Source of the DNA: Actinomycetota bacterium
GTDB taxonomy: Bacteria > Actinomycetota > UBA4738 > CALAEC01
Direction of reading: 5' to 3'
Assembly (NCBI GenBank): GCA_035697085.1
Contig: DASSDP010000140.1
Location: 1 to 45,275, forward strand
Length of the DNA stretch: 45,275 bases
Positions 17,436-28,316 of this stretch are shown here, piece after piece. The position numbers were made by a program, and so were the translations under genes. A model generated the notes under the pieces. It saw only the letters and a list, made by a program, of their open reading frames with translations, did not search any database and was not told the DNA's origin. How positions within the stretch are numbered: the stretch's first letter is position 1; every line of letters begins with the position of its first letter.

Positions 17436-17711
17436 GGCGACGATGGGAACGAGTAGGGGGAGCGCCTCCGCCCGAGCGAGCCGGGGATGGTGGAAGCCCG
17501 GCGGCGAGGTCCCTCGAAGATCATCCCTGAGCCGCGAGCCTGAACCGCCACCTGCAGGGCCGGGGGTGCAGTAGGGGGAGCCGGGTCCCGCCCGTGAGCG
17601 CGGGAGCTCGTGGAGGCGAGCAACGAGAGGGTGACGCCGTGAGGCGTCGCCAAAGCGGGGTGGTACCGCGGGGCCAGAGCCTCGTCCCGGCATCGGGGAC
17701 GAGGTTTTTTT
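17436..17711 (+). promoter_or_regulatory. T-box riboswitch leader, isoleucine specifier (AUC), transcription-attenuation type
   Basis: Hand-folded Stem I has these elements: GA/K-turn GACGAUG...UGAGCC; AGUA element; AG bulge GAGCGAG; distal hairpin CCGGG-GAUGGUGGAAG-CCCGG; and specifier loop GAAG-AUC-A (AUC at 17520-17522, followed by a purine). Stem III is GACGCC-gtga-GGCGTC. The conserved T-box GGGTGGTACCGCG is at 17658-17670. A terminator hairpin plus T7 follows. Confidence 0.85.
17680..17711 (+). terminator. Intrinsic terminator of the ileS T-box leader
   Basis: CCTCGTCC(C)-ggcat-(G)GGACGAGG followed by TTTTTTT (17705-17711). Its 5' arm can alternatively pair with the T-box sequence to form an antiterminator. 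Confidence 0.7.
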
Positions 17712-17712
17712 C

Positions 17713-20888
<3,176 letters not shown>

Positions 20889-20892
<4 letters not shown>

Positions 20893-21422
20893 CCGGGTCT
20901 GCACACTCCGCAGGGGATGTGCCCAAGCCGGTTGGCCACGGCGCGCTTCATGTTGACCGACGAATCCCCCCGAGCAAGCTCGCAGCTGGGGAGGTGATAC
21001 GTGCCCCGATCCGACACGACCACGTCGGGTCCGAGGACCCCGGCCACGGAAGAATCCCAGGTCATCGGTGGGGCTTCGCTCTCGGCGACGTGGCGCTCGG
21101 CGAGAGGACGATCAACGATCCCCACCAGCGACTCTCTTGCCAGAGGGCTGCCTTCTCCTGCCGGGTCGTTCCCCTCGTCTGCCCTCGCCGAACGTGGCGG
21201 CGTCATCGGCGCCGACCGCCACTCGTCCACGCGACTCTCCGGGACGCCTTCCCCCTCCGGTGGTTCCTCTGACCGCCTCCGGAGGACGCTCGCGGCCAGG
21301 AAGAGCGCAGCCAGCACGCTGAAGCCGATAGAGACGAAGACCAGGGTCAGGCCGCCCCTGAGAACTCCGAGCCATAGCGAGGCCACAGAGGCGAGCAAGA
21401 AAACGAGCGACAGCACATACAC
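20889..21422 (-). CDS. Hypothetical membrane protein with C-terminal His/Cys motif
   Basis: 177 aa. Two N-terminal hydrophobic helices, an acidic/Pro-rich linker, and the C-terminal YHLPSC-x23-CGVCRP. Its stop shares the palindrome CTAG with the convergent ileS stop. Confidence 0.6.
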
Positions 21423-21470
21423 GGGGCCCTCCGCCTCAGCTGATCTGGCTGCTCTTCCGGTCGGGTCGGC

Positions 21471-22259
21471 CTATTCCTCGCCCCAGAAGAGCTCCCGGAG
21501 CGACGGCTCCTCCTCTCGGTCCTTTCCGCGCTCTCCCTCTTTGGACTCCGCGCGTTCGGGGAACATGTCGCTCGTGGTTTCGGCGAACGGCTGTTCCTCG
21601 GACCCGCTGGAGAACGTTCCCTCCCAGTCGTCGAGGAACGGCTCGTGGGCCTGGGTCGTCTCCGACGTCGATGCCGTCTCACCCATCGGGGCAGACGGAA
21701 CCACCGCAACGGGTTCCTCCGGCATGGTCGGAGGAGAGGGAGGCAGCTCGACCTTCGGGGATTCGGCCGGTTTCGACCCTCGGGCCTGGGTCTTCACGGC
21801 CTCGGCGTGCTCCTGGATCAGCGACGCCAACCGCTGAAGGAAGTCTCGTTCCCGGATAAGGAAGGAGGAGGGGGCCGTCGCTGCCGCAACTGCAGTGACG
21901 CCTTCGGTGGTGCGCTTTCCCGCGTCCTCCATGAGGCGGGCCGCGTATTCGCGGGCCTGCCGAACGGTTTCACCCGCGCGGCGCTCCGCCTCTTTCAGGA
22001 TCTCGGTCGAGGCCATTCCCCCACCGTCCTCGGCTCCCTCCCGCAACCGCTTGTTCTCCTCGTACAAGGACGCCAGCTCCTCGGTGACCTCGTCGAGAAA
22101 GCGATCGACGTCCTGTTCGTTGTAGCCCCGGAACGACAGACGGAAGACCTTCTCCTGGACGTCCGTCGGTGTGAGACGGCGTCGCTCCGGCCCCACCCCG
22201 GGCTCCTCGGTGAACCCGGCAGCCTCGTGCTGTGTCTCCTTCTTTTTCCTCCTCAGCAT
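21471..22259 (-). CDS. divIVA: DivIVA/Wag31-family cell-pole/septum scaffold protein
   Basis: 262 aa. DivIVA N-domain LTPTDVQEKVFRLSFRGYNEQDVDRFLDEV, followed by coiled-coil and an acidic tail. Lies downstream of yggT as in actinobacterial dcw clusters. Confidence 0.9.
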   Translation of the reverse strand: MLRRKKKETQHEAAGFTEEPGVGPERRRLTPTDVQEKVFRLSFRGYNEQDVDRFLDEVTEELASLYEENKRLREGAEDGGGMASTEILKEAERRAGETVRQAREYAARLMEDAGKRTTEGVTAVAAATAPSSFLIRERDFLQRLASLIQEHAEAVKTQARGSKPAESPKVELPPSPPTMPEEPVAVVPSAPMGETASTSETTQAHEPFLDDWEGTFSSGSEEQPFAETTSDMFPERAESKEGERGKDREEEPSLRELFWGEE

Positions 22260-22268
22260 GGAACCCCC

Positions 22269-22538
22269 CTAGAGTCCGAAGGAACAACCGAGAGCAGCCT
22301 GCAAGATCCCGATCGCCACGAACACGATGATCGGCGATAGGTCCATTCCCATGGCTCCCATCCTAATCGGCGGCAGGAGTCCGCGAACGAGTCTCAGTAC
22401 GGGCTCGGTGACGTCGTGCACGATCTCGAAGAAGGCTCCTCCGGCCCCTGAGCGCGGGCCCGGGAACCAGGACATGAGGATACGCACGAACAGGACGAAC
22501 CAATACACCGTGAGGAGAATGCATACGATGCGAGTCAC
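22269..22538 (-). CDS. yggT: YggT-family membrane protein
   Basis: 89 aa, two TM helices, YggT-like RILMSWFP motif. Conserved position between sepF and divIVA. Confidence 0.85.
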   Translation of the reverse strand: MTRIVCILLTVYWFVLFVRILMSWFPGPRSGAGGAFFEIVHDVTEPVLRLVRGLLPPIRMGAMGMDLSPIIVFVAIGILQAALGCSFGL

Positions 22539-22603
22539 AACGGCTCCACCTTCCGGTAATCCCGAGCGGGGAGGCTATCGAACCGAGCGGGCGGCCGCCA
22601 AAT

Positions 22604-23101
22604 CTAGAACTGGTTGTAGAAGCCGCCCTCCCGGAGGCGCTCCCGCTCCTCGGCCGACACCTCCATGTCGTGCGGGGTGAGCAGGTAGACGCGATTCGCC
22701 ACAAGCTCGATCTTTCCTCCCAGTCCGAAGACCAGTCCCGATGCGAAGTCCACGAGGCGCCTGGCGATCTGGTCCTCGGTTCCCTGAAGACTCATGATCA
22801 CCGGGACACCGGCCTTGAACCGCTCCCCCAGCTCCCGGGCCTCGTTGAACCGCTTCGGTTCGGCCCGATGGATGCTGGAACCGGAACCGGGTCGGGATTG
22901 AGGGATCGTGCGCACGATCGCCTCGTGGTGCGTCGCTTCGACGGGCTGGCCCATCGCCGGTTCGGAACGTCCCAGCCGCCGAAGCGTCCCGGCACGAACG
23001 GGCGTGGACATCTCTTCCTCGCCGCCCGGCTCGACATCCTCGTAGTCCTCGTCCTCCACCAAGCCAAGGTACGTGAGCGTCTTCCGCCATGCTCCTGCCA
23101 T
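22604..23101 (-). CDS. sepF: Cell division protein SepF
   Basis: 165 aa. N-terminal amphipathic [19 protein letters not shown]. The C-terminal SepF core has the conserved GVPVIMSL and DFASG motifs. Confidence 0.9.
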   Translation of the reverse strand: MAGAWRKTLTYLGLVEDEDYEDVEPGGEEEMSTPVRAGTLRRLGRSEPAMGQPVEATHHEAIVRTIPQSRPGSGSSIHRAEPKRFNEARELGERFKAGVPVIMSLQGTEDQIARRLVDFASGLVFGLGGKIELVANRVYLLTPHDMEVSAEERERLREGGFYNQF

Positions 23102-23111
23102 CGTCGCCTCC

Positions 23112-23783
23112 TTACAGCCGGGGGCCGAAGATCGCCGACCCGACCCGCACCATGGTAGCGCCTTCCTCCACCGCAGCTTCGAGATCCGCCGACATGCCCA
23201 TGGATAGCTCCGTCAGCCCGGGGTGTGCATCGAGAAGTCGGTCCCGCAATTCGCGAAGCGCTCGGAAGCTGGGCCGGGGGTCTTCTCCGAGCGGGGCCAC
23301 CGTCATCAGTCCGCGGCACTCCACCCCGGGACGCCCGGAGAGTCGGTCGATGAACGCTTCCGCCTCGTCGGGGACGACGCCAACGCGGCGACCGGTGAAG
23401 TCCACCTCCACCAGGCAGACGACACTCTGACTTCGTTCATCGGCCAGATCCGCCAGTTTGTCGCCGGCCGTTCCGGGCTCGAGTGTCTGCACGACGTCGG
23501 CCAGCTCCAGAACCCTGGCCACCTTGTTTCGCTGCAGACGCCCGATGAAATGCCACGTCGCGTCGGGCGCCGCCTCCTTCTTTGCCGCGAGATCCTGCAC
23601 GTAGTTCTCCCCGAACTCGGTGAGCCCTGCATCCGCCGCCAGTCTGACCAAACCGGGAACGACCGTCTTCGTCACGCCGATGACCCGAACCTCATCGGAC
23701 CGGCGCCCCGCCCGGTCACAGGCCGCACGGACCCTCTTTCGGACCTCGGCCACTCCCCTCCCGAGCTCAGCGGATTCTAGCAC
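23112..23783 (-). CDS. yggS: YggS/YlmE-family pyridoxal-phosphate homeostasis protein
   Basis: 223 aa. PLP-lysine context [19 protein letters not shown]-terminal [28 protein letters not shown]. Start uncertain (GTG 23783 or the downstream GTG). Confidence 0.9.
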   Translation of the reverse strand: MLESAELGRGVAEVRKRVRAACDRAGRRSDEVRVIGVTKTVVPGLVRLAADAGLTEFGENYVQDLAAKKEAAPDATWHFIGRLQRNKVARVLELADVVQTLEPGTAGDKLADLADERSQSVVCLVEVDFTGRRVGVVPDEAEAFIDRLSGRPGVECRGLMTVAPLGEDPRPSFRALRELRDRLLDAHPGLTELSMGMSADLEAAVEEGATMVRVGSAIFGPRL

Positions 23784-23828
23784 TGGAGTTAACAGAAGGT
23801 AACAGAACCCTCTTTTTTTCGTTTTCCA

Positions 23829-24602
23829 TCACATCATCACCGATACCAACGCCTGGCGCCCGGTGGACCCCTCGCTGCGGTACGAGAAGAACCTGTCCGG
23901 ATGGCACGCGGTGCAGAGCTCCGACACCTCGATGCTTCGGACGCCGGCGGCTCGAAACGACCGTCCGGCCGTCCGTGGGAGGTCCAGGTACCGACGGCCT
24001 CTTCGCCGCTCGGTGACCGCGCCGCTCCCCGAACCCGAGGCTACCGCCTCTGCGACCTCGTCGCCCACTTCGTAGTGACAGGGTCCGATCGCCGGGCCGA
24101 TGAGGGCGAGGACGCCGGACGGTCTTTCGAACTCCCCCACCGCCCGGGCCAGGATCCCGGAGGCGACTCCCCGCCAGCCGGCATGGGCCACGACCAGGAG
24201 GCGCTCCTCCGGCGAGGCGAGTGCGATCGGAAGGCAGTCCGCGACGAGCACTGCCAGGGGAAGGTCTCGCTGCGACGCGGAGAGCGCGTCGACGCCGGCG
24301 ATCACCGATCGGGCATCCTCGAATCCGGCACCCGAACGACTCTTCCCCACGCGAGCGAGCGTTGCCCCGTGGATCTGCTCCCCCGTCGCGAACGAAGGGA
24401 GATTCAACGAACGGACCAATCGCTGCCGGTTCCTGACCACGCGGGTTGGAGCGTCCCCGGTCTTCAGCCCCAGGTTCAGTGTGTCGTACGGAGACGGACT
24501 GACTCCCCCGGTTCGCTCCGTGAACGCCGCCAGGAACCCCCTGGACTCCAGGGAGGGAGAGACCAGGGCGTGGGCACCGTTTCCGAGATCTCGCCGGTCC
24601 AT
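23829..24602 (-). CDS. pgeF: Peptidoglycan editing factor PgeF (YfiH / laccase-domain protein)
   Basis: 257 aa. Family motifs QIHGA, VADCLPIAL, HAGWRG, and the C-terminal CTACHPDRFFSYR. Confidence 0.9.
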   Translation of the reverse strand: MDRRDLGNGAHALVSPSLESRGFLAAFTERTGGVSPSPYDTLNLGLKTGDAPTRVVRNRQRLVRSLNLPSFATGEQIHGATLARVGKSRSGAGFEDARSVIAGVDALSASQRDLPLAVLVADCLPIALASPEERLLVVAHAGWRGVASGILARAVGEFERPSGVLALIGPAIGPCHYEVGDEVAEAVASGSGSGAVTERRRGRRYLDLPRTAGRSFRAAGVRSIEVSELCTACHPDRFFSYRSEGSTGRQALVSVMM

Positions 24603-24702
24603 CGAGGTGGAGTGGGGGACGGAGAGAGCCTAATTCTCCAAGGCGGGGGAAGGGCGCCTCGTTCGGCCCTCCTCCGCCCCCACGACTCGAGGGCCAGAGG
24701 CC

Positions 24703-25857
24703 CTAGCTCTTGTCCTTGAGGAAGTCGGGGATGTCCAGGTCGTCGTCGCCGTTGAGGACCACGGTCGCCGGCGCCGCCTGAAACAGGTCATCCTCCTCGT
24801 CCTCTTCCGGTTCTTGCAGCAGTGATGGGAGGGGGATGGATTCCTCCTCTTCCTCTTCGAGCTCGGGTCCGCGCTCCATCTGGAACGCCACAGACGGTCG
24901 CGCCGTCCCGAGTTTGTCGAAACCCGCGGCGATGACGGTCACCCGGCACTCGTCGCCGAGGGAGTCATCGATCACCGCCCCGAAGATGATGTTGGCGTCC
25001 GGGTGGGCCACCCGCGTGATCGCCTCTGCGGCTCGGTTGACCTCATGCAGCGCCAGATCGGATGGGCCGGCGATCGACAGCAACAGACCCTTGGCTCCCT
25101 CGATCGATGATTCGAGGAGAGGCGAGGAAACCGCGTTCCTCGCCGCTTCCTCGGCGCGGTTCTCGCCGGAAGCATGTCCGATCCCCATGAGCGCCGATCC
25201 CGCGCCGCTCATCACGGTTCGGACATCGGCGAAGTCCAGGTTGATGAGTCCCGGGGTCATGATCAGGCTCGTGATCCCCTCTACGCCCTGATACAGGACC
25301 TGGTCTGCCATCCGGAAGGCGTCCAGGACGGAGGTCTCCGGATCGGAGATCTGGAGCAGGCGGTCGTTGGGTACAACGATCAGCGTGTCGACCGAATCCT
25401 TCAGCTCGTTGATGCCCATGTCGGCCTGGGTGGCTCGGCGCTTTCCCTCAAACGAGAACGGGCGAGTCACCACGCCGATCGTGAGCGCACCGAGATCCCG
25501 GGCCACCTGGGCAACCAGTGGGCTCGCGCCCGTACCGGTCCCGCCTCCCTGGCCGGCGGTGATGAAGACCATGTCGGCGCCCTTCAGGAGCTCCTCGATC
25601 TCGGCGCGGTGCTCCTCGGCGGCGCGCCTTCCGGTCTCGGGGTCCGCTCCCGATCCGAGGCCCCGCGTCGTCTCCCGGCCGATGTCCAGCTTCACGTCGG
25701 CTTCGGACATCAGAAGCGCCTGAGCGTCGGTGTTGCACGCGATGAACTCGACGCCCTTCAGTCCAGCCTCGATCATGCGGTTGACGGCGTTGACTCCACC
25801 GCCCCCGATCCCGACGACCTTGATGACTGCCAGGTAGTTCTGTGGCGCCTGCAGCAT
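24703..25857 (-). CDS. ftsZ: Cell division GTPase FtsZ
   Basis: Tubulin signature [30 protein letters not shown]-terminal [10 protein letters not shown] peptide. ATG 25857 has GGAGG 5 nt upstream; the ORF-track GTG at 25881 adds 8 residues. Confidence 0.95.
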   Translation of the reverse strand: MLQAPQNYLAVIKVVGIGGGGVNAVNRMIEAGLKGVEFIACNTDAQALLMSEADVKLDIGRETTRGLGSGADPETGRRAAEEHRAEIEELLKGADMVFITAGQGGGTGTGASPLVAQVARDLGALTIGVVTRPFSFEGKRRATQADMGINELKDSVDTLIVVPNDRLLQISDPETSVLDAFRMADQVLYQGVEGITSLIMTPGLINLDFADVRTVMSGAGSALMGIGHASGENRAEEAARNAVSSPLLESSIEGAKGLLLSIAGPSDLALHEVNRAAEAITRVAHPDANIIFGAVIDDSLGDECRVTVIAAGFDKLGTARPSVAFQMERGPELEEEEEESIPLPSLLQEPEEDEEDDLFQAAPATVVLNGDDDLDIPDFLKDKS

Positions 25858-25987
25858 GCTCGCCTCCGCGTCCTCGCCCACTTCGGCTCAACCCCCGAGC
25901 TCACCTGCGAGAACAGGTGCGGCACTGCTGGGGGGTTAACCTCAACTGTATGGTTATGGTTATGTAAACCTAACTTACAGGGCGAGG

Positions 25988-26016
25988 AATCTACACGACC
26001 CCCGACCTCGTGTCAA
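25988..26016 (-). promoter_or_regulatory. Near-consensus promoter for ftsZ
   Basis: The minus strand reads TTGACA - 17 nt (cgaggtcgggggtcgtg) - TAGATT. This predicts a leader of about 120 nt before the ftsZ ATG. Confidence 0.55.
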
Positions 26017-26097
26017 GCCTGATAGCTCCCCTGCCGACGCGGATTTGAGCTTGCTGCCGCCACGCTCCGATTCGTACAGGAAAGTGCTGAAGTATCC

Positions 26098-27954
26098 TTG
26101 CCGTCGATGAGCGCAGAATCAGTGCCACTCGGGGAACACCCGCCTTCGAAATCACCGGAACAGGCCCCAGTCCCCAAAGACTCTCCGCAGCGACGACGCG
26201 AGGCTCACTACGCCGTGACTCGAGTCCTGTCCAAGGCCACATCGATCGGCGAAGCGGCGCCAAAGATTCTGGGTGCCGTCGGGGAGAGTCTTGGGTGGGA
26301 CGTCGGTGCCATCTGGACGATCGATCGCGGAGTCCTGCGTTGCGTGGACGTCTGGAAGGCGCCCGGTCTGGATGTTCCCGAGTTCGAGGCGATCACCCGG
26401 GAGAAGACGTTCCCGCCAGGCGTCGGATTGCCGGGCCGCGTCTGGTCGACGGGAGCGAGCGCCTGGATCGAAGACGTCGGCCGGGACGACAACTTCCCCA
26501 GAGCATCCATGGCTGCGGCCGAAGGATTGCACGGCGCCTTCGCGTTCCCCATCTCGAGCGGTGCCGGTGTGCTCGGCGTCGTTGAGGCGTTCAGCCGGCA
26601 GGTCCGGGAGCCCGACGAGGACCTGCTCGAGATGATGGCCGCGATCGGCACCCAGATCGGCCTGTTCATCCAGCACCGGGAAGCCGAGGATTCGATTCGT
26701 GCAAGCGAGCGACGGTTCGCGTTCCTGGCAGAAGCGGGCGCGCTGCTGGCAGCGTCGCTCAACTACGAACGAACGCTGGCGAAGGTGGCCCGTCTCGGGG
26801 TTCCGGATCTCGCCGACTGGTGCGCCGTCGACGTCCTGGAACCGGATGGCACCATCCGGCGGCTTGCCGTCGCGCACACGGATCCGGCGAAGGTGGCGCT
26901 GGCGAATCGCATGCGCCGCAGGTACCCGCCCGAAGACGCCGGAGCCGGCCTGGGGAAGGTCCTCCGGACAGGACGTTCGGAGCTCTACCCGCAGATCGCC
27001 CCCGACTCGCTGGAAACAATTGCCTTCGACGATGAACATCTGAACATCCTTCAGTCGCTGGGTCTCACCTCGGGAATGTGGGTGCCGCTCACGGCACGGG
27101 GCCGGACGCTCGGCGCGATCACCTTCGCCAGCTCCGACTCGGGCCGCGTGTACGGTCCCGAGGACCTGAGCCTCGCTGACGAACTCGGCCGACTCGCCGG
27201 CGTGGCCGTCGACAACGCAAGGCTGTACGAAGAGCGAAGCCACATCGCCCGAACCCTGCAGCGGAGTTTGCTCCCGCCGCGGTTGCCCGAGATTCCCGGG
27301 ATCGAGGTGGCCGCGCGCTACCGGGCCGCCGGTGAGGGCAACGAGGTCGGCGGCGATTTCTACGATGTCTTCGAGGTCGGCAAGGGCGCGTGGGCGGTCA
27401 TGATCGGCGATGTCTGTGGCAAGGGGGCCGGTGCGGCAGCGATCACGGGACTCGCTCGCCATACGCTGAGAACGGCCGCCATGAGCGAGTGGCGGCCGAG
27501 AAGGATACTCGTCGTCCTCAACGAGGCCCTGGTCCGAAACGAGACCGACGAGTACTGCACGGTCGCCTTCGCCCGGTTGAGCAGCATGGGAAAGCGTGTC
27601 AGGGTAACGCTGGCGTGCGGAGGTCATCCCCCACCGTTGTTTCTGGGTGCCGATGGAACGGTCGAAGCGGCCGGCCGACCCGGGACCCTGCTCGGCGTCT
27701 TCCCGGACCCGGAGTTCGCCACCGCGGTCCTCGACCTCCAACCGGGCGACGCCCTTCTTTTCTATACCGACGGGGTGACGGAGTCCCGGCCCGGAGTCGG
27801 TCTCAGCGAGACGGCTCTCCGGGACCTCCTCGTGTCACGGACAGGAGACTCCGCTGAGAAGCTGGCCGATGCGGTGGAACGCGCCGCGGTGGAGGCGCAG
27901 CCCGACGGGCCGCGCGACGATATCGCCATCGTCTGTGTTCGGGTGAGCGAGTGA
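26098..27954 (+). CDS. GAF-GAF-PP2C (SpoIIE/RsbU-type) serine phosphatase
   Basis: 618 aa. Two GAF-like regions (WDVGAIWTID...GLPGRVW, and DWCAVDVLEPDG...MWVPLTARGRTLGAITF). PP2C motifs GGDFYDVF, IGDVCGKG, FYTDGVTE, DDIAIVCVRV. The start is TTG 26098 or ATG 26107. Confidence 0.9.
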   Translation: MPSMSAESVPLGEHPPSKSPEQAPVPKDSPQRRREAHYAVTRVLSKATSIGEAAPKILGAVGESLGWDVGAIWTIDRGVLRCVDVWKAPGLDVPEFEAITREKTFPPGVGLPGRVWSTGASAWIEDVGRDDNFPRASMAAAEGLHGAFAFPISSGAGVLGVVEAFSRQVREPDEDLLEMMAAIGTQIGLFIQHREAEDSIRASERRFAFLAEAGALLAASLNYERTLAKVARLGVPDLADWCAVDVLEPDGTIRRLAVAHTDPAKVALANRMRRRYPPEDAGAGLGKVLRTGRSELYPQIAPDSLETIAFDDEHLNILQSLGLTSGMWVPLTARGRTLGAITFASSDSGRVYGPEDLSLADELGRLAGVAVDNARLYEERSHIARTLQRSLLPPRLPEIPGIEVAARYRAAGEGNEVGGDFYDVFEVGKGAWAVMIGDVCGKGAGAAAITGLARHTLRTAAMSEWRPRRILVVLNEALVRNETDEYCTVAFARLSSMGKRVRVTLACGGHPPPLFLGADGTVEAAGRPGTLLGVFPDPEFATAVLDLQPGDALLFYTDGVTESRPGVGLSETALRDLLVSRTGDSAEKLADAVERAAVEAQPDGPRDDIAIVCVRVSE

Positions 27955-28289
27955 CCGACTTTCAGGTGAGCGTCAGCGAGACGGATGGGGTCGTGTCGCT
28001 GTCCCTGACCGGAGAGCTCGACCTGGCCACGGCGGGGCGCCTCGAGTCCGAGCTGCGACGCGTCGAAGGCGGGGGCCCATCCGTTCTGATCATCGATCTG
28101 AGACAACTGCGGTTCATCGATTCGACGGGGCTGCGGCTGATCATCGGGGCCGACGCCCGGGCGCGTGAGGACGGCAGGCGGATGGCGATAGTCCCCGGGC
28201 CGGTGTCCGTGCACAAGGTCTTCGAACTCGCACTGCTCGACAAGCGGCTCGAATTCATCGAGGACCCGTCCACGCTGGAGGGGGCATGA
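27951..28289 (+). CDS. STAS-domain anti-sigma-factor antagonist (RsbV/SpoIIAA-like)
   Basis: 112 aa. Conserved phosphorylatable serine context LRFIDSTGL (Ser58). The GTG start overlaps the phosphatase stop (GTGA). Confidence 0.9.
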   Translation: MTDFQVSVSETDGVVSLSLTGELDLATAGRLESELRRVEGGGPSVLIIDLRQLRFIDSTGLRLIIGADARAREDGRRMAIVPGPVSVHKVFELALLDKRLEFIEDPSTLEGA

Positions 28290-28294
28290 ACGCA

Positions 28295-28316
28295 GCCCTC
28301 AGGCAGGCCTGAGGGC
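28295..28316. terminator. Perfect 9-bp hairpin at the convergent STAS/ftsQ junction (possible bidirectional terminator or RNA-end structure)
   Basis: GCCCTCAGG-cagg-CCTGAGGGC. It spans the ftsQ stop codon and last codons and begins 6 nt after the STAS stop. There is no clear U-tract on either strand. Confidence 0.3.

Noticed and set aside
24603-24702. Possible terminator after ftsZ (GGGCC-tct-GGCCC)
   Set aside because: It has only a 5-bp stem and no U-tract, and the downstream pgeF is probably co-transcribed. The evidence is insufficient.
25951-25964. TGGTTA TGGTTA TG tandem repeat as a phase-variable microsatellite or mini-array
   Set aside because: There are only 2.3 copies of a hexamer, too short to call a variable repeat. 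It is kept only as a component of the control-region finding.
26152-27741. 529-aa minus-strand ORF inside the GAF-PP2C gene
   Set aside because: It is an antisense shadow ORF. The plus-strand frame carries clear GAF and PP2C motifs. The antisense product is low-complexity and Arg/Gly/Asp-rich.
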